NCBI GenBank assembly: GCA_016748015.1
Contig: JAAOMT010000779.1
Span: 62,001 to 126,000 of the forward strand
Reading direction: 5' to 3'
DNA from: Geosiphon pyriformis uo1
Taxonomy: Eukaryota > Fungi > Glomeromycota
DNA: 64,000 nt
Both the position numbers and the translations under genes were made by a program. Shown here piece after piece: positions 50,342 to 63,219 of the stretch (position 1 is its first letter; the number at the start of each line of letters is the position of its first letter). The notes beneath the pieces were generated by a model. That model worked only from the letters and a program-made list of their open reading frames with translations. It was not told the DNA's origin and searched no databases.

Positions 50342-51362
50342 ATGTCTAAGCGAGGTATTTTGTTTTCAACTTCTTTCTGGATTTTGAGAGGCACTATTTC
50401 CCAGAAGGGATTTATTAGCTTGAGAAAAAAGCCCACCTTAGTTTCATGGGTTCTTTTCTTCAACTTAAGTTTCTAAATTTAGTAGAGCCATCAGGAGTCA
50501 ACTTTTACCTTTGTTAATATATAGAAAAGAATAAAATCTTATTTATCGATCATTAACTGAGTTTGCCTTTTTTTCTGTAAAACCTTGTCAAAAAAAATGC
50601 AGGACGTGGTGGTGGTAAGTACATTTTGAAGACGCATTGATTTTTAATGACGCATCAAATTCCTTTTGACTAAGTCTTTATCGATTTAGCTTCGGGTAAT
50701 AAATTTCGGATGACTCTTGGTCTCCCAGTCGGTGCAGTGATGAATTGTGCAGATAATTCTGGGGCTAAAAATTTATACGTCATCTCGGTCAAAGGAATAC
50801 ATGGTCGCTTGAATAGATTACCTGCGGCTGGCGTGGGTGATATGGTAATGGCCACTGTCAAGAAAGGGAAACCTGAATTGCGAAAGAAGGGTACGTCTGA
50901 AAAATATTTAATGTTTAATCTATGGATTCCACTTGTTTTTATTTTGAAGATTTTTCTTTTTGGAAATAGTTATGCCTGCAGTTGTCATTCGTCAAAGAAA
51001 ACCTTGGCGTAGAAGAGATGGTGTTTTCCTTTATTTTGAAGGTTTTACCGATCCTTTGATTTTTTTGGCATTGAATTTTTATACCGATTCTTATAGAAAT
51101 CACATCATTTTAAAGATAACGCCGGTGTTATAGTTAATCCAAAAGGAGAAATGAAAGGTTCTGCTATAACTGGCCCTGTTGGAAAAGAATGTGCTGATCT
51201 TTGGCCTCGTATTGCCTCTTCTTCTGGTACAGTGGTAAGTGTTTTATTTTTTAATACATTTGGAATCTGGATTCTTTCAACATTAATATCTCTGATTCCG
51301 GGATTATCTATTTTTTTCGCTAATTTTTACTTCTATTCTTAACTGGGAAATATCAGGTCTAG
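50342..51362 (+). CDS. RPL23: 60S ribosomal protein uL14 (L23)
   Basis: Exons 50342-50354, 50603-50614, 50690-50890, 50970-51041, 51116-51234, 51357-51362 give [36 protein letters not shown]...[12 protein letters not shown]. Confidence 0.97.
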
Positions 51363-51963
51363 AAACTATGCGATCATGAATTCATAATAGCATTATAAGA
51401 ATGTTTTTACCGGAATAAAAAATTTACGAAATTTAGAACTTTTTACAGAGCTTTTTGATGAAAACTCGCCAATCTAATAAAAATTTTAAATCCTGATTGG
51501 GAAATAAATCTTAGAGAACTTAATCAATTATGAGATAATGGTCGTTTTCCTATGGCACAAATGTCACGGCTGATAGAAATCACAAAATATCATGAGATCA
51601 TCCTTCAAACTGGATATTTAGAGTATTATAATTCTTTCAACTTCAAGAACTCCAACATAAAACAGGACTTTAGCACGAATTGGCAAATCTGAATCGTACT
51701 TAGATGTCAATGATTATTATAGTGGTCTATCGTAGCCAGAATGCCAGATTCATCTCCTTTGAAATTTGGATCATCGTAATTTAAATAAAAAAAATCAAGA
51801 AGTTCTACTTGCTATTGACATTTCCTCATTCATACGAAAAGGCTGAGAGCTATTGTTTAGAGAATGGTCTATGAATAATATTATTGATTAATGATTATTG
51901 TAAAATCTGTTACTAACTGTCGATGAAATAGAATATACTTTAGAAAGGTCCAAAGAGAAAAAT

Positions 51964-53423
51964 TTATTGTTCTTGTTGCTCTATCATCTCGGCAACCACC
52001 GCCTTATTAAATTCCTAAAAGTAATATATGAATTAGAGATGACAGTAAAACAAATAAAAAGGCAATTTTATATCAAGAAATTTCATACTGGGGGGTTATC
52101 CAGGTAAAGATGATGACCAGCTCGTGGAATACGGACAACTTTAGTCGACACTCGCATATGGGCTCTAGCAGCTTCTGCAGCACGATAGTCCATCCAATCG
52201 GTATCTCCATCTGTAGTGAAAAAAAATTTTGCTTAATTGTTGATGTAAATCTTTTTGTGGGGAAAGATCGAAAATAACTTACATAAAAATGTTGTTGGCA
52301 TCTTTAATTCGCTTAGACGATGAATAAGTGGCTTTCGTGCGAATGCACCAGGTGCTAAGATCTTTGCAAGGGCATATTCACCACTACCAGGGGCCGAGGA
52401 AATTTGGTAGAGATAGTCGTGAAGATCAATTCGATCTTGTTCTTCCAGGTATGCAAATCGTCGCGAGGTATAGCGAGAAACGAGAGAAGGACCAAAAGGA
52501 CCGGTCCATCTGAGAATAGACTGCGGAGTAATATTAGCATTCCAAAGTCGAATCACCCATCCTGGAATTTGTCGCCCTGTTGAATTCTTTAATTCATTTT
52601 GCTCATGTGGGTTCTCTGGAATACCTACGGGTGAGACCAGTATTAAACGTTCAACTCGAAGAGGATACTTTAAGGCGTAGACTGCCGCGAAATATCCACC
52701 AAGACTATGGCCAAGCAAAGTCATCTTTTCAATATGATGAATTTCACGCCATTTTTCTAAAGAGTCCACAAAGAAATTTTCCGCATGTTCGACAACCTCA
52801 CTCAACGGTCCATTGTCTATATTAAACCTGGGTCTTGAACTTCGCCCCATTCCTAGCCAATCGATACTGTAGATTCGCCACCCAGGAACTTGACTCAAGT
52901 CGTGATAATTTCGATAAAAAAAACCCAACCCACCACCAAAACCATGACATATTACCAAATTCTTTACATTGTTTTTTAAGGAGACATTATTGTAGGTGAC
53001 AGTGTGTGATTGAACTTTCAAATTTGTTTGCGGCACAGAAGTAAAGCCAATATCACCATCAACCATGGCTGAAGAAGCTGTTGCTTCATCAGAAGAGTTA
53101 AGCTCTTGGCCTACCAAACCATTCTCAATGACAAAATCATTGCCAGTCTGTTCAATTACTAAGGTATTTATCTTTCGCATCCCATCACCATCCAAATCAA
53201 CTAGTCCAACACGAGCAATTGTCTGTGATTGGTCCGGTGAAGCAGTTGTTTTACCCCCCATAGAAAAAAATTGGAGCCTGGACAAAAGACGCGCCTCTGC
53301 CATTTCTGAAGTTTTTTCCGTACGAGAGAACCAATGACGCAAGGAAGCGAAACGTGCATTTGGAGAAGGTGCAGGCGGAATAAGTATTTGAGGTGGTCCA
53401 ACTAGTGAGTTGTTGGTTGCCAT
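51964..53423 (-). CDS. Alpha/beta hydrolase, CLD1/ICT1/ABHD4-5 family (cardiolipin deacylase-like)
   Basis: HGFGGG, DWLGMGRSSRP, GHSLGG nucleophile elbow, and C-terminal GHHLYLDN in exon 2. Three exons. The start is uncertain: first ATG is 53423 but the frame is open further upstream. Confidence 0.88.
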
Positions 53424-53845
53424 TGCCACACTATGGAACAAGAACCTATGTGAAGTGGAGGCAACCACTAAATAAATTGGAATCAATATGACTATAATTG
53501 TGGAGAGGCCCAATAAATAGGCGTGAAAAAAAGAAAGCTAAATGATCTAGAAGAAAAAATTGACGAAATTCTGATCGAAATTCTGATCGAAACGTAATGA
53601 TATATGACAAATCTCTGCCGGGTTTACATTCATAGTTTGTAGCAATCGTCAAAATACACATTACATTCTTTTGTTTAACAAGGTTATGTAACCTAAAATA
53701 AACACTCACCTTAATATGGGAAAGGAAAACGTGGAGTTTCATTGTTCAAAGATCTACATTGAAGATGATTAATCAACATAGGGCTCCATTTCGCTTGATA
53801 TATTTAAAATTGCTAGGGTTCTAATTACTTCAAAACTAATATTTT

Positions 53846-54317
53846 ATGATGTCTAGCGACACTGGTACCGAAACCAAAGTGGACTCGAAAGCTCCCCGAG
53901 TTAAAATTTATGGTTCAAGTGTTTCAGGAAATCTTTTTGTAAGTTTTTAGTAAATTTATATATATTGTTCCAATTACTTGAACAAATTATATATTTTCAT
54001 TTTGAACTAGACAAAAAAAAACCAACAGTGGGTCGAAACAGCATTATCTATAAATAAAATACCCTTTGAGTTTGTTGACGTAGCTGCCAATGAAGACCAA
54101 TTAAAATATATGAAACGCCGAAATAGAGGCGCCCTAGGATTACCACAAATTTTTGTAGACGACGAGTTTGTGGGGGTAAGCCTTTTCTTCCCTCCAAAGC
54201 ACTCAAATATGTTAAAAGATATTAACTGTTTTTTTCTTGGATAAAAAGCTCTTTGAAGAATTTGAACAAGCAGTTGAAAAGAAAGAAGTTAAAAAGTGGC
54301 TCGGTTTGAAAGATTGA
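53846..54317 (+). CDS. SH3BGR-like / glutaredoxin-fold small protein
   Basis: Three exons give ..VKIYGSSVSGN..IPFEFVDVAANE..LPQIFVDDEFVG|LFEEFEQAVE..WLGLKD*. Missed by the ORF track. Confidence 0.85.
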
Positions 54318-54498
54318 TGCTTGTTGTGTACCACCGACCCTTAAATTCTATTTGAAATTCAAACATATGAAGACAGCTCTAGATATAGAACTATTGACTA
54401 AATAAAAGCTGTAGCTTGCAAACAAATTGAAAATTTGTATATCTAAATATGAAGATTTTGAAATTGGAATTTTTCCACTTGTCTTTCAATTACGTTTT

Positions 54499-56186
54499 TC
54501 AGTAATACCTTCCTTCAAGAATATAATTTCCACCATCCTCGTACGTATTTTCGAGGCTTCGCCCAAAAGCAGGGGCCGGCAGGGTGTATTTCGTCAAGCT
54601 TGATACGAATCTTCCACTAGGAATTAGCGCTTGCAAATCTTCTTTGCTCGGAATTTGATCAAAAGAAATCTAATTGGAAAAAAAAATTTATTTTTCAAGG
54701 AACAATCTCGAATTTCATTACGTTGATATGGAAATTTACCGTATTATTTATCTTGACATAACTAGAATGCAAGGCAAGAACTTCGGCATATTCTTTTGAG
54801 GCGTGAGCAGCTATTGTAGTAGACTTGGATTTGGAAAGATTGTAAAAGACTTCTTTCGCTTCCGTGATAAATCCTATTGCTTTACCAATTCCTCTGTAAT
54901 ATAGCTAAGTCAATATTTAGAATGAATTAAATATATATTGAGAAGCATTGATGTAGAACTTACTGATTCTCGTTAGCATCTTTAGCGAGGTACTTTTTTC
55001 CAAGTGCCTACAAGTTTCCCATAATATCATGAGGAAAAACATTGAATATTGAAATTAATGGTGAAGTTTATTTGTCGGTTTACAAACCTGATGAAATAAT
55101 GCTCCAACATGTACATACTTTCTAAAGTCTGAGCAAACTTTTTGTGGATCTTTTAAACTTTTCATCAGTCCATTCGCTTTCTCATAATGTCCAGCCACAC
55201 CAATTGCAAGCTTAGCCAAAAGAGATGATGATGTTTTTGCCATTAGTGCTTTTCGGATAGCTATGGAGGAAGCATCAGCAAGGGCAATTCTTTAAAAAAT
55301 TGACCTTTTGACATTGATTAATAGTTATTATTTAAATAAAGTTACAAAAAAAGGAATGTTTCTCACTTTGATATTGAGGTTGATATCTCCATCATAACAT
55401 CAGGAGGCCTTGTAATAGGGGGATTATTCCACCTTGGGGATACTTCTTCCGAAATGTAAGAAAATATACCCGCGGCTGTACATAGCAAATCTGCCGCCTG
55501 ATGGCAGAAAATTAATGGGACAATAATCTAAACTTTCAAAACACCTTTTTAGTTACCTTTTTCAATTTCAAATCAGTTTCGTCTTTCTCCTCCTCTCGTT
55601 GTATTATACTAGAGCCCCAATTTGAACATGCGTATCCGTACGTCAATAGTGTAAAAATGAATTCGTAATAAATGTCACGACATTCAATTCGCGGTTTCTT
55701 TTTCAGCACCGAGCTACTTAATGTGCATCGCCACGATGATTCTTAGATTGATAGAGATTGAATGGAGACTAATTTTAAAAAAAAACTCATAGAATAGACC
55801 TTTTCTACGAGTATAAGATCAAATTGGTAACAAGGTAAAATACCAAAGTCCTTTTTAAGTTTTAATTGTCCATCTTCCAAGCAATTAACAATCGCGAATA
55901 AATATGGCAAATAGTCGTCGATTACCTATTTCAACGTGTTAAGAATAGATTTAAACATTGAATCTCAGCTGGTCAAAAGGTAAAAGTTTCAACAGGCTTA
56001 CACCTTCATTATATTGGTATAATCTTTTGGTCCTTCCGTGCGGGCTGCCTCCTTTAAAACGGCTCGCATTCGACCTCTCAAGGCTGTTGCCTCGGCTATA
56101 TCATTTAAGAATTTATTATCGGGGTCAAGCAAGAAGTCGGCAAATGAAATAGACCCTGTAGTGGGAAGCGGATAAACGAAGCTCAT
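54499..56186 (-). CDS. palC: BRO1-domain pH-response protein PalC
   Basis: Multi-exon gene. N-terminus MSFVYPLPTTGSISF, BRO1-like segments (AAGIFSYI, GIGKAIGF), C-terminal di-tyrosine ..EGRYY*. Confidence 0.8.
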
Positions 56187-56346
56187 AATTTAAGTCCAGA
56201 GAGGTAAGTTTCAAAAGATCAGTAGAAAATCTTATTTCCTCATTTTTAAATTAGTTAGCCTCGAATCACAAGTTAATCAATGATAGGCAGGTGATGAAGA
56301 TCCAAAAGTGGTTGATTGAGGAACTTTTTAATGGTTATCTACACTT

Positions 56347-58142
56347 ATGTTTCTTACAAAATTAAATTTGAGGCTTGGAAAAAACTTGTTGCAACCCCAT
56401 CGAATGCTGGTATTTCCAGCAAAATTTATGACCTCTACGATAACGCATAAATACGATGCTCAAGCTATTAAAACTGGAGGTTTAATAGAGAGTGGTCAAG
56501 ATTTAAAGAATTCGATATTGGTAAAAAAAGCTAGAAAAAAATTGAGTCTAGTGTATATGAAGATAATTAAACTTTATTCTTTACATTATTTACAAAGGCA
56601 AAAATTGCGAGAATTGAAAAAGAACGCCCTTTCCGAAGCACCTTGACCGATCGATTTGATCGACAGCACACTTATCTTCGGATTTCGATTTCAGAGAAAT
56701 GCAATTTAAGATGCAAGCTTCCTTTAAAACTTCGGATTTTGATATCTTACTAGTTAGTAAAACATTGAACTCACCGAAGTGAAAATTATTTAACATTTAA
56801 GGTACATATTGCATGCCAGCCGAAGGAATTAATCTCACGCCCTCTGAAAAGCTTTTAACTTCTGAGGAAATTATCCATTTGGCAAGATTGTTTGTTTCAC
56901 AAGGTATTGATAAGATCCGATTGACGGGGGGTGAACCTACCGTTCGAAAAGATATAGTTGAATTGGTCGGTCAGTTTTGAGTTTAATCTCTTGATGCTGT
57001 TAACATAATATTGCCAATGCAGGTTCACATCTCTTAATGATTCAAATTTTTTAATTTAGGCGAATTGGCTAAATTGAAACCTATAGGATTAAAGACAATT
57101 GCTATGACAACCAACGGGATTGCTCTGAAACGGAAATTACCCGATTTAGTCAATAAAGGCCTCAGTCGTATTAACATTAGTTTGGACACGTTAGACCCCT
57201 TTAAATTTGAACTGATAGCTCGACGAAAAGGTAAGATGTTCTTTTAAGTATTCTTGATTAGCAAATTAATGCTTAATTTTGAATAAACAACATGAACTAT
57301 ATTTAAACACAAGGACTTGAACGTGTCCTTGAAACGATTGAAGCGGCCATCGAATTGGGACTGGGCCCAATAAAGGTTAATTGTGTGGTAATACGAGGCG
57401 TAAATCATATGGAGGTTTTGGATTTTGTTGAATTAACGCGTAAAAAGCCACTCGAGGTTCGATTTATAGAGTATATGCCTTTCGATGGTAGCTATCTCTT
57501 TTAGGAACCGAGTTTCGGGGTTTGCATTAGCCATCAAAAGACTAATTAGGGCATTTACCGTCTTTTAATTTTCAGGTAACAAATGGAACACCCAAAAGCT
57601 TATTCCCTATAAAGAACTCGTGGATCAAATTTCTCTCCGTTATCCAGATTTCAAAAAAATATCCAATGATGACCCGCATGATACTTCCAAGGTTTGTAGA
57701 TAAAATTTTAAATCCTTTGGTATTTTATTGTTCAAATTTTAATATGCAAGGGTTCTCTTTTTATTAAGACATACTCTATTCCCGGGTTTACTGGGCAAAT
57801 CGGGTTCGTAACTTCAATGTCCGATCATTTTTGTGGAACTTGTAATAGGCTAAGGATAACCGCCGATGGTAATCTAAAGGTGGAGTTTTTCGAGTATGAA
57901 CCTCAATTTTGGGCTGTATAGTAATTAACTATAAATTAAACGTGGTTGCCCTTTGTTTTTTGTAGGTTTGTCTTTTTGGCAATGCTGAAGTGAACCTGCG
58001 AGATTTGTTACGTGAAAATGTGGGTGAGGAGAAAATCTTGGAAATAATCGAGATGGCAATAAAAAATAAAAAGAAACAACATGCAGGTATGTTTGAACTC
58101 GCCAAAACGAAAAATAGACCCATGATTCTCATTGGTGGCTAG
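56347..58142 (+). CDS. MOCS1A: GTP 3',8-cyclase MOCS1A/MoaA (radical SAM)
   Basis: Eight exons. [14 protein letters not shown]|[42 protein letters not shown]-terminal RPMILIGG* (TAG 58140-58142). Confidence 0.93.
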
Positions 58143-58286
58143 AAAAATGCAGGATAGAGGAGATTGCTAAGACGACTTTTTTCACCGGAGGTGGGTGATT
58201 TTTGAGGGTCCTTGCGAAACAAGATCAATTAAAAGATCTTGAATTAACATATATTCATAATAAGCTCCTGTTTTTCGATCTTTTAG

Positions 58287-59002
58287 ATGAAGCTTTGACT
58301 CGATTCCCATTTTTTGATCAGAAAGAAATCACGAATCCCGATCATAACTCTTTTCCCCAATCCGTAGTGCCGATCAAAGCTTTCGGATCCTATATTTCTT
58401 TCCCTTTAAGAAAATCAGCCTTTCCTCAGCTACATCAATATTGCTCATATTCCACAAGATCCCAAAAGGATCAGGATTTTCAGATATCCACAATTCCCAC
58501 CTCCCACACGACAGTGGCCAAACTTACTCATCTAAACGCCTCGACTGGCAGCGCATCAATGGTGAACGTGAACTCTAAATCTGTTACCCATCGCACCGCT
58601 ACCGCTCGTGGTCGAATAATCATTGGACCTCAGGCGTTCAATCTTCTCCGTGCCAATTCCTTAAAAAAGGGAGATGCTTTAACTGTAGCACGGATTGCGG
58701 GTATTAATGCCGCCAAACAAACCGGCCACTTGATCCCGTTATGTCACCCTTTATTGCTCTCTCATGTTTCAATTGAATTGGATCTGCAGGAAGAAAAAAA
58801 TGCTCTTGAGATTATGGCGCGTGTAGAGAGTGAGGGAAAAACAGGTGTCGAGATGGAAGCTTTAATTGCAGTCAGTGTTGCTGCTTTAACCGTGTTTGAT
58901 ATGTGCAAATCGGCGGGCAAAGGGATGGTAATTGAAAATATTAGAATAGTAGAAAAAACAGGTGGGAGCAGTGGGACATGGCGATATGAAGAAGAAAAGT
59001 AG
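58287..59002 (+). CDS. MOCS1B: cPMP synthase MOCS1B/MoaC, terminal exon of a predicted MOCS1A-B fusion splice form
   Basis: LTHL..ASMVNV, LIPLCHP, KTGVEMEAL, DMCKS, EKTGGSSG. No ATG upstream of the conserved domain. In-frame acceptor TTTTAG at 58286. Confidence 0.9.
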
Positions 59003-59211
59003 TGTTGATACTGGTAAATTGAAATCACTTTATCAAGAAAGGAATGACGTATAGTATTTCAAACAGCATATAATTTACTTGTCAAATCAAAATTTTATGA
59101 AATACTTTTTCCGCTTAGCCTAAAATGGTTAATTTGTCCCTGAACCTATCTATTATTGCAAAAATTGATTTACCAAGACTACCGCTAAGTTATACCTTTC
59201 AATTCTTTATC

Positions 59212-59989
59212 ATGTCTACATCACCAACATCATCCGCCTCTAATAACTTCGTTCCTTCCTTTAATATAACCCCTGCTACTGCTACTCACTCCATTAATTA
59301 TCCTCCTTCAAATTCCAACTCTTCCTCAGATAACGAGGATATCACTCCTAAAGACGTAAAGACCAAAACCCAGCGAATTCATAAGCATAAACTTCGTACG
59401 GCTGATGTGCAAAGATACCATTTAGACCGCCTCTTATCTCGTATTGATAAGCCTGTCACCATACAACCCATACAGGATAAACCGAAGCTAAAACCTCCCA
59501 AAGATATTGTACGTAATGTGCAAGGTAAGTAAAAAAAAAAAAGGATTAAAATTCAAATAACTTTAGAATTTTATTTTTTTATTGGCTAATTCTTTTAATA
59601 TTTTGAAATTCAGGTTCTAGCGCTGGGGCTGGGAGTGGTGAATTTCACGTGTATCGAGCTCACAGACGTCGCGAATACACCAGGCAGAAGATCATTGAAG
59701 AGGAGGCCAAGAAGGTAATATTGGCAAGCATTAGTTAATATTTCAAATTTAATGTTTACATCCTTATATGAAACAGGAAGATGAGAAAACGGAATTTGAA
59801 CAAAAAATGACCACAATGAAAAAGTTGGAGGGAGAAAAGACGGCAAAGAAACGCGCAAAACGACAAAAAAAGAAGCAAAAGAAGCAGGAAGTGAAAAAGG
59901 CAAAAACCGTAATTGCCTCAGGTACTAAGGAAAAACAATTGGACCCTTCGGAAAAAGAAGGTAGTTCGGATGGATCTGATGAAGAATAA
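59212..59989 (+). CDS. PRKRIP1 / DUF1168 family protein
   Basis: Exons 59212-59524, 59614-59714, 59777-59989. Signature [27 protein letters not shown] and KTAKKRAKRQKKK. Start may be 59125. Confidence 0.9.
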
Positions 59990-60124
59990 ATGCTCGCATC
60001 TCAAGGTGGGTGAGAGGTTCTTAAGTGGCTGCTTAGATTGTTCCCTCACAATGTGTTCAAGTGATGCTTTTAAGATATATTCAGGAATTCCCCATATTAG
60101 GTGAGTTTTTCAGCTCATTGTTAA

Positions 60125-61528
60125 TCAAAATCTAGGTTTTCTATTTCTCGCAGTGTATTTTGTATCCAAAGGTACATCCTTTTTACCCCGTATTCGTGCG
60201 ATCTCTTTTTTGTGCTTAACCCACTCCTTATCTTTTATTGATTTACGAGGTTTCTCGCGGCTTTTTTGGCGAATAGGCATTCTAATGATCAAATTAGGAA
60301 CATTTAAGAATTTATAATCAATAATAATTAAGAGATTAATTCCAATGATAGATAACATAAAACCAACCTTTCAGTGGAATACGATATATTGGTTGGTTCT
60401 CCAACTTCATCTTCACCTAAAGCCCGTGGCATTTCCTGTTTATCGCCGCCGGTAACTTGTCCCGTAAACAAACATAAATAATATTTTTTAGCTTTTCTAC
60501 TATTTGGATAATCAATCAACATTCCACCCTCAAAACCGCATCGCATGGCCACATTCATAATCAACTCGCATTGTGCATCGTTCTCTGGGTAGAATTGGAA
60601 TACCGCCCGTGCTCCACGACGTAGCGATGAAAATAATGTCGAGAAAAATCTTTGAAGACGCGCTTTGGGATTATGTGACTTTCTGTCTGCATTACATAAC
60701 CACTGAAGCATAGAGATACTGATGGCGCCGTCAAATGTTCCAGGTCTAAATGCCATACCTTGTCCGACATCTTGAAGGAACAAATCACCTTCTACTCCAC
60801 ATTCTAGTGCTACATCTTTAAAGAAGTAGAATTGACGAGCGTTCCATTAGTAGCTTGAGTGAAAATAATTGTCAAAAAACCCATAAAATAGTCCATCAAA
60901 ATTATTTGAATGAATTTAAAAGCCAATCAATAAAACTTACTCAACATGGCTGGAGAAATATCCATTCCAACCCATATGTGACCCATCTCTTCTATTATCT
61001 CACCGCTTAAGCCTGATCCGCATCCAATATCCAATATATAGGCGGATGTATCGGGCGCAAGGTTCAGGAGTTCTAATGCGCGGTACGCCTTGTTTATTTA
61101 ATCCGCAAAAATTATTTGATCAAAACATTTGGAATGGCTCAGAGAAACCAAATCTATTTATTAAGTTAATTGAGAATTTAAATTGATTGCTCCTACCATT
61201 TGTGATTGAATCTCTTGTATCCGATTGCTAGAATAGATTATTATAAGAGTTGGTAATATATTGTTCGAACAAAGGAGATGCTATGCCAATCATAACAAAT
61301 GGATTTGTCCGATAAATTTTAATTTTTTTAAAACTTACTTCGAGGTGTACTGCTTAGCTTGTTGATCATTATAATACTAAGATGATTATAAAGGTACAGC
61401 CATTTGCGTGGTTATTAACAAATAGAGGCAAAAAGCTTATTGAAATTATTAATAAACTTGAGCAATGTACTTTAATAAAATTTGATACATGCGATTTCTG
61501 GGGGAGCTTGGTGTTCCGGGCGAGACAT
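60125..61528 (-). CDS. BUD23: 18S rRNA m7G methyltransferase Bud23/WBSCR22
   Basis: [12 protein letters not shown]|YYND.., [39 protein letters not shown]-terminal [11 protein letters not shown]. Confidence 0.95.
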
Positions 61529-61683
61529 TGTAGTATGCTAAGTAACGGGTATCGTAAAAAAATTCAGACTGTAGATTTTATAATGGGCCAAAAATTTTGG
61601 CCGCTCACGTGATTAATATAAATCTCAATTTATATCAAATTTCAGCCATCAGGATTTTTGTACCAAAATTCAATTGTTTATAA

Positions 61684-62885
61684 ATGGGCTACGCAACGCT
61701 AGATGCGGCTCTCACATTTCCCATATCTACATTCATAACTTCCTCCCTCTCTTCCTTTTCGTCAACGACATTATCGGGTATAACTCATCCACCAGCTGGT
61801 TCATCGATCTTAATTACTGATACAGCAGTTACATCTGGTGATTTTCTACTACATCATTTTATCGTGAATCAAATAAAATCTGGACGACATATTGTTCTCA
61901 TCGGATTTGCTCAAATTGCTGGGCATTATATAGCGATTGGAAGAAAATTGGTAAGTTCATAGAAAATGATAATCCTCGGTGCAAAAAGGATTTGATCGTA
62001 TAAACTTCAAAGATAATAATAATTGATATTCCAGGGGGTAAACTTGACGCAAGCTCACGAAAAATCCACTTTCTCATTCATCGATGGATTAACATCATTA
62101 TTCTCGACCTCATTAAAATCACGTGATACAAAGGACACTATAACGACATCGATCCTTGCAAATCCAACAACCCCCATATCTACATCCTCTTCATCTTCAA
62201 CTTCTCTGAACGACATTTATAAAATAATCAAGGATGTAATTAATATGCGTCACAAGGATGTTAATTCACACTTGGTTTTGATTTTTGACGATTTATCCGT
62301 CTTAGTATACGCTGGGTATCCCGTGCGAGACATTATGGAATTTTTTAAGGCGTGTAGAATTTTGTGTGAGAAGGTTAGTGATACTACTATTGTAGTATGA
62401 ATTATCGGGATTTGAGGTTTCTGGTAATATCTTAAAAATTCAAATTCATGGAGTTTTCCTTTCCTATTTTCTTACTAAAAGTACAACGGCTCATTGATAA
62501 CCCTGATCCACGACGACCCTGAAGCCTTTTTATCAGAAGACACCACAAAAACCATTCCCGAGAATATCTTTATAAAATCATTACAATACCAATCAGAGTA
62601 CATTCTTGCCGTACGTGGATTGGGAACCGGATTTTCAAGGGATGTTTCAGGAGAGGTAATTTGGATGATGTGATATTTTGTTTTTTTCGGTAAAATGATA
62701 TGGAAATTCAAATTTCAATTGTTTTTGATTATTTTTGATCATCATAAAATTACTCGATGAAGCTTACCATCGCCAGAGGTCCAAGGAATTTTGATCGTAG
62801 CTATCGTCCCAACACTTTACAGTACAAAATACTTGACAATAATGTACAATTTTTCGCGAGAGGATTTTCAAAAGGTGTTTTATGA
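61684..62885 (+). CDS. ELP6: Elongator complex subunit 6
   Basis: Four exons. ILITD..SGDFLLHHFI, RKL|GVNL, FIDGL, LIFDDLS, GLGTGFSRDVSGE, LQYKILDNNVQFFARG. Confidence 0.85.
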
Positions 62886-63219
62886 AAGCCTGATTATGAC
62901 AACCTAGAGGAAGCCGCAAAAGGTGAGCATAATCTGGTGATATATTTCAGAAATTATGGTTTTTTGACGACCGAGAAATGAATTTAATAATTTTTTCGCA
63001 TTTTGGGAATAATTAAACCAATAGTTTGATGCTTCGATCGATTGATTAAGGAATTAACCAAGTTCATTATTCATCCCTCAAACATACTCTCAAAGTTGCG
63101 GATAAAACAAATGATATAATTTAGTGTATTTATGTCAATAAATATTTGGCAATGTTTATATACTTCTATATACTTTACATACAAAATGAGTTGATGATTT
63201 CGAAAGGATATCATATACA

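Noticed and set aside
53562-53592. 12-bp tandem repeat CGAAATTCTGAT between CLD1-like and SH3BGR-like genes
   Set aside because: Only ~2.5 copies and not a proper heat-shock element spacing. No support for function.
58140-58202. Stop-codon readthrough or frameshift as the route to MoaC
   Set aside because: MoaC is in a different frame with a TGA at 58196-58198. The in-frame splice explains it better.
61382-61612. 76-aa ORF appearing twice (also 63501-63731)
   Set aside because: Antisense to BUD23 exon 1/intron 1; duplicated only because of the gap-adjacent repeat.
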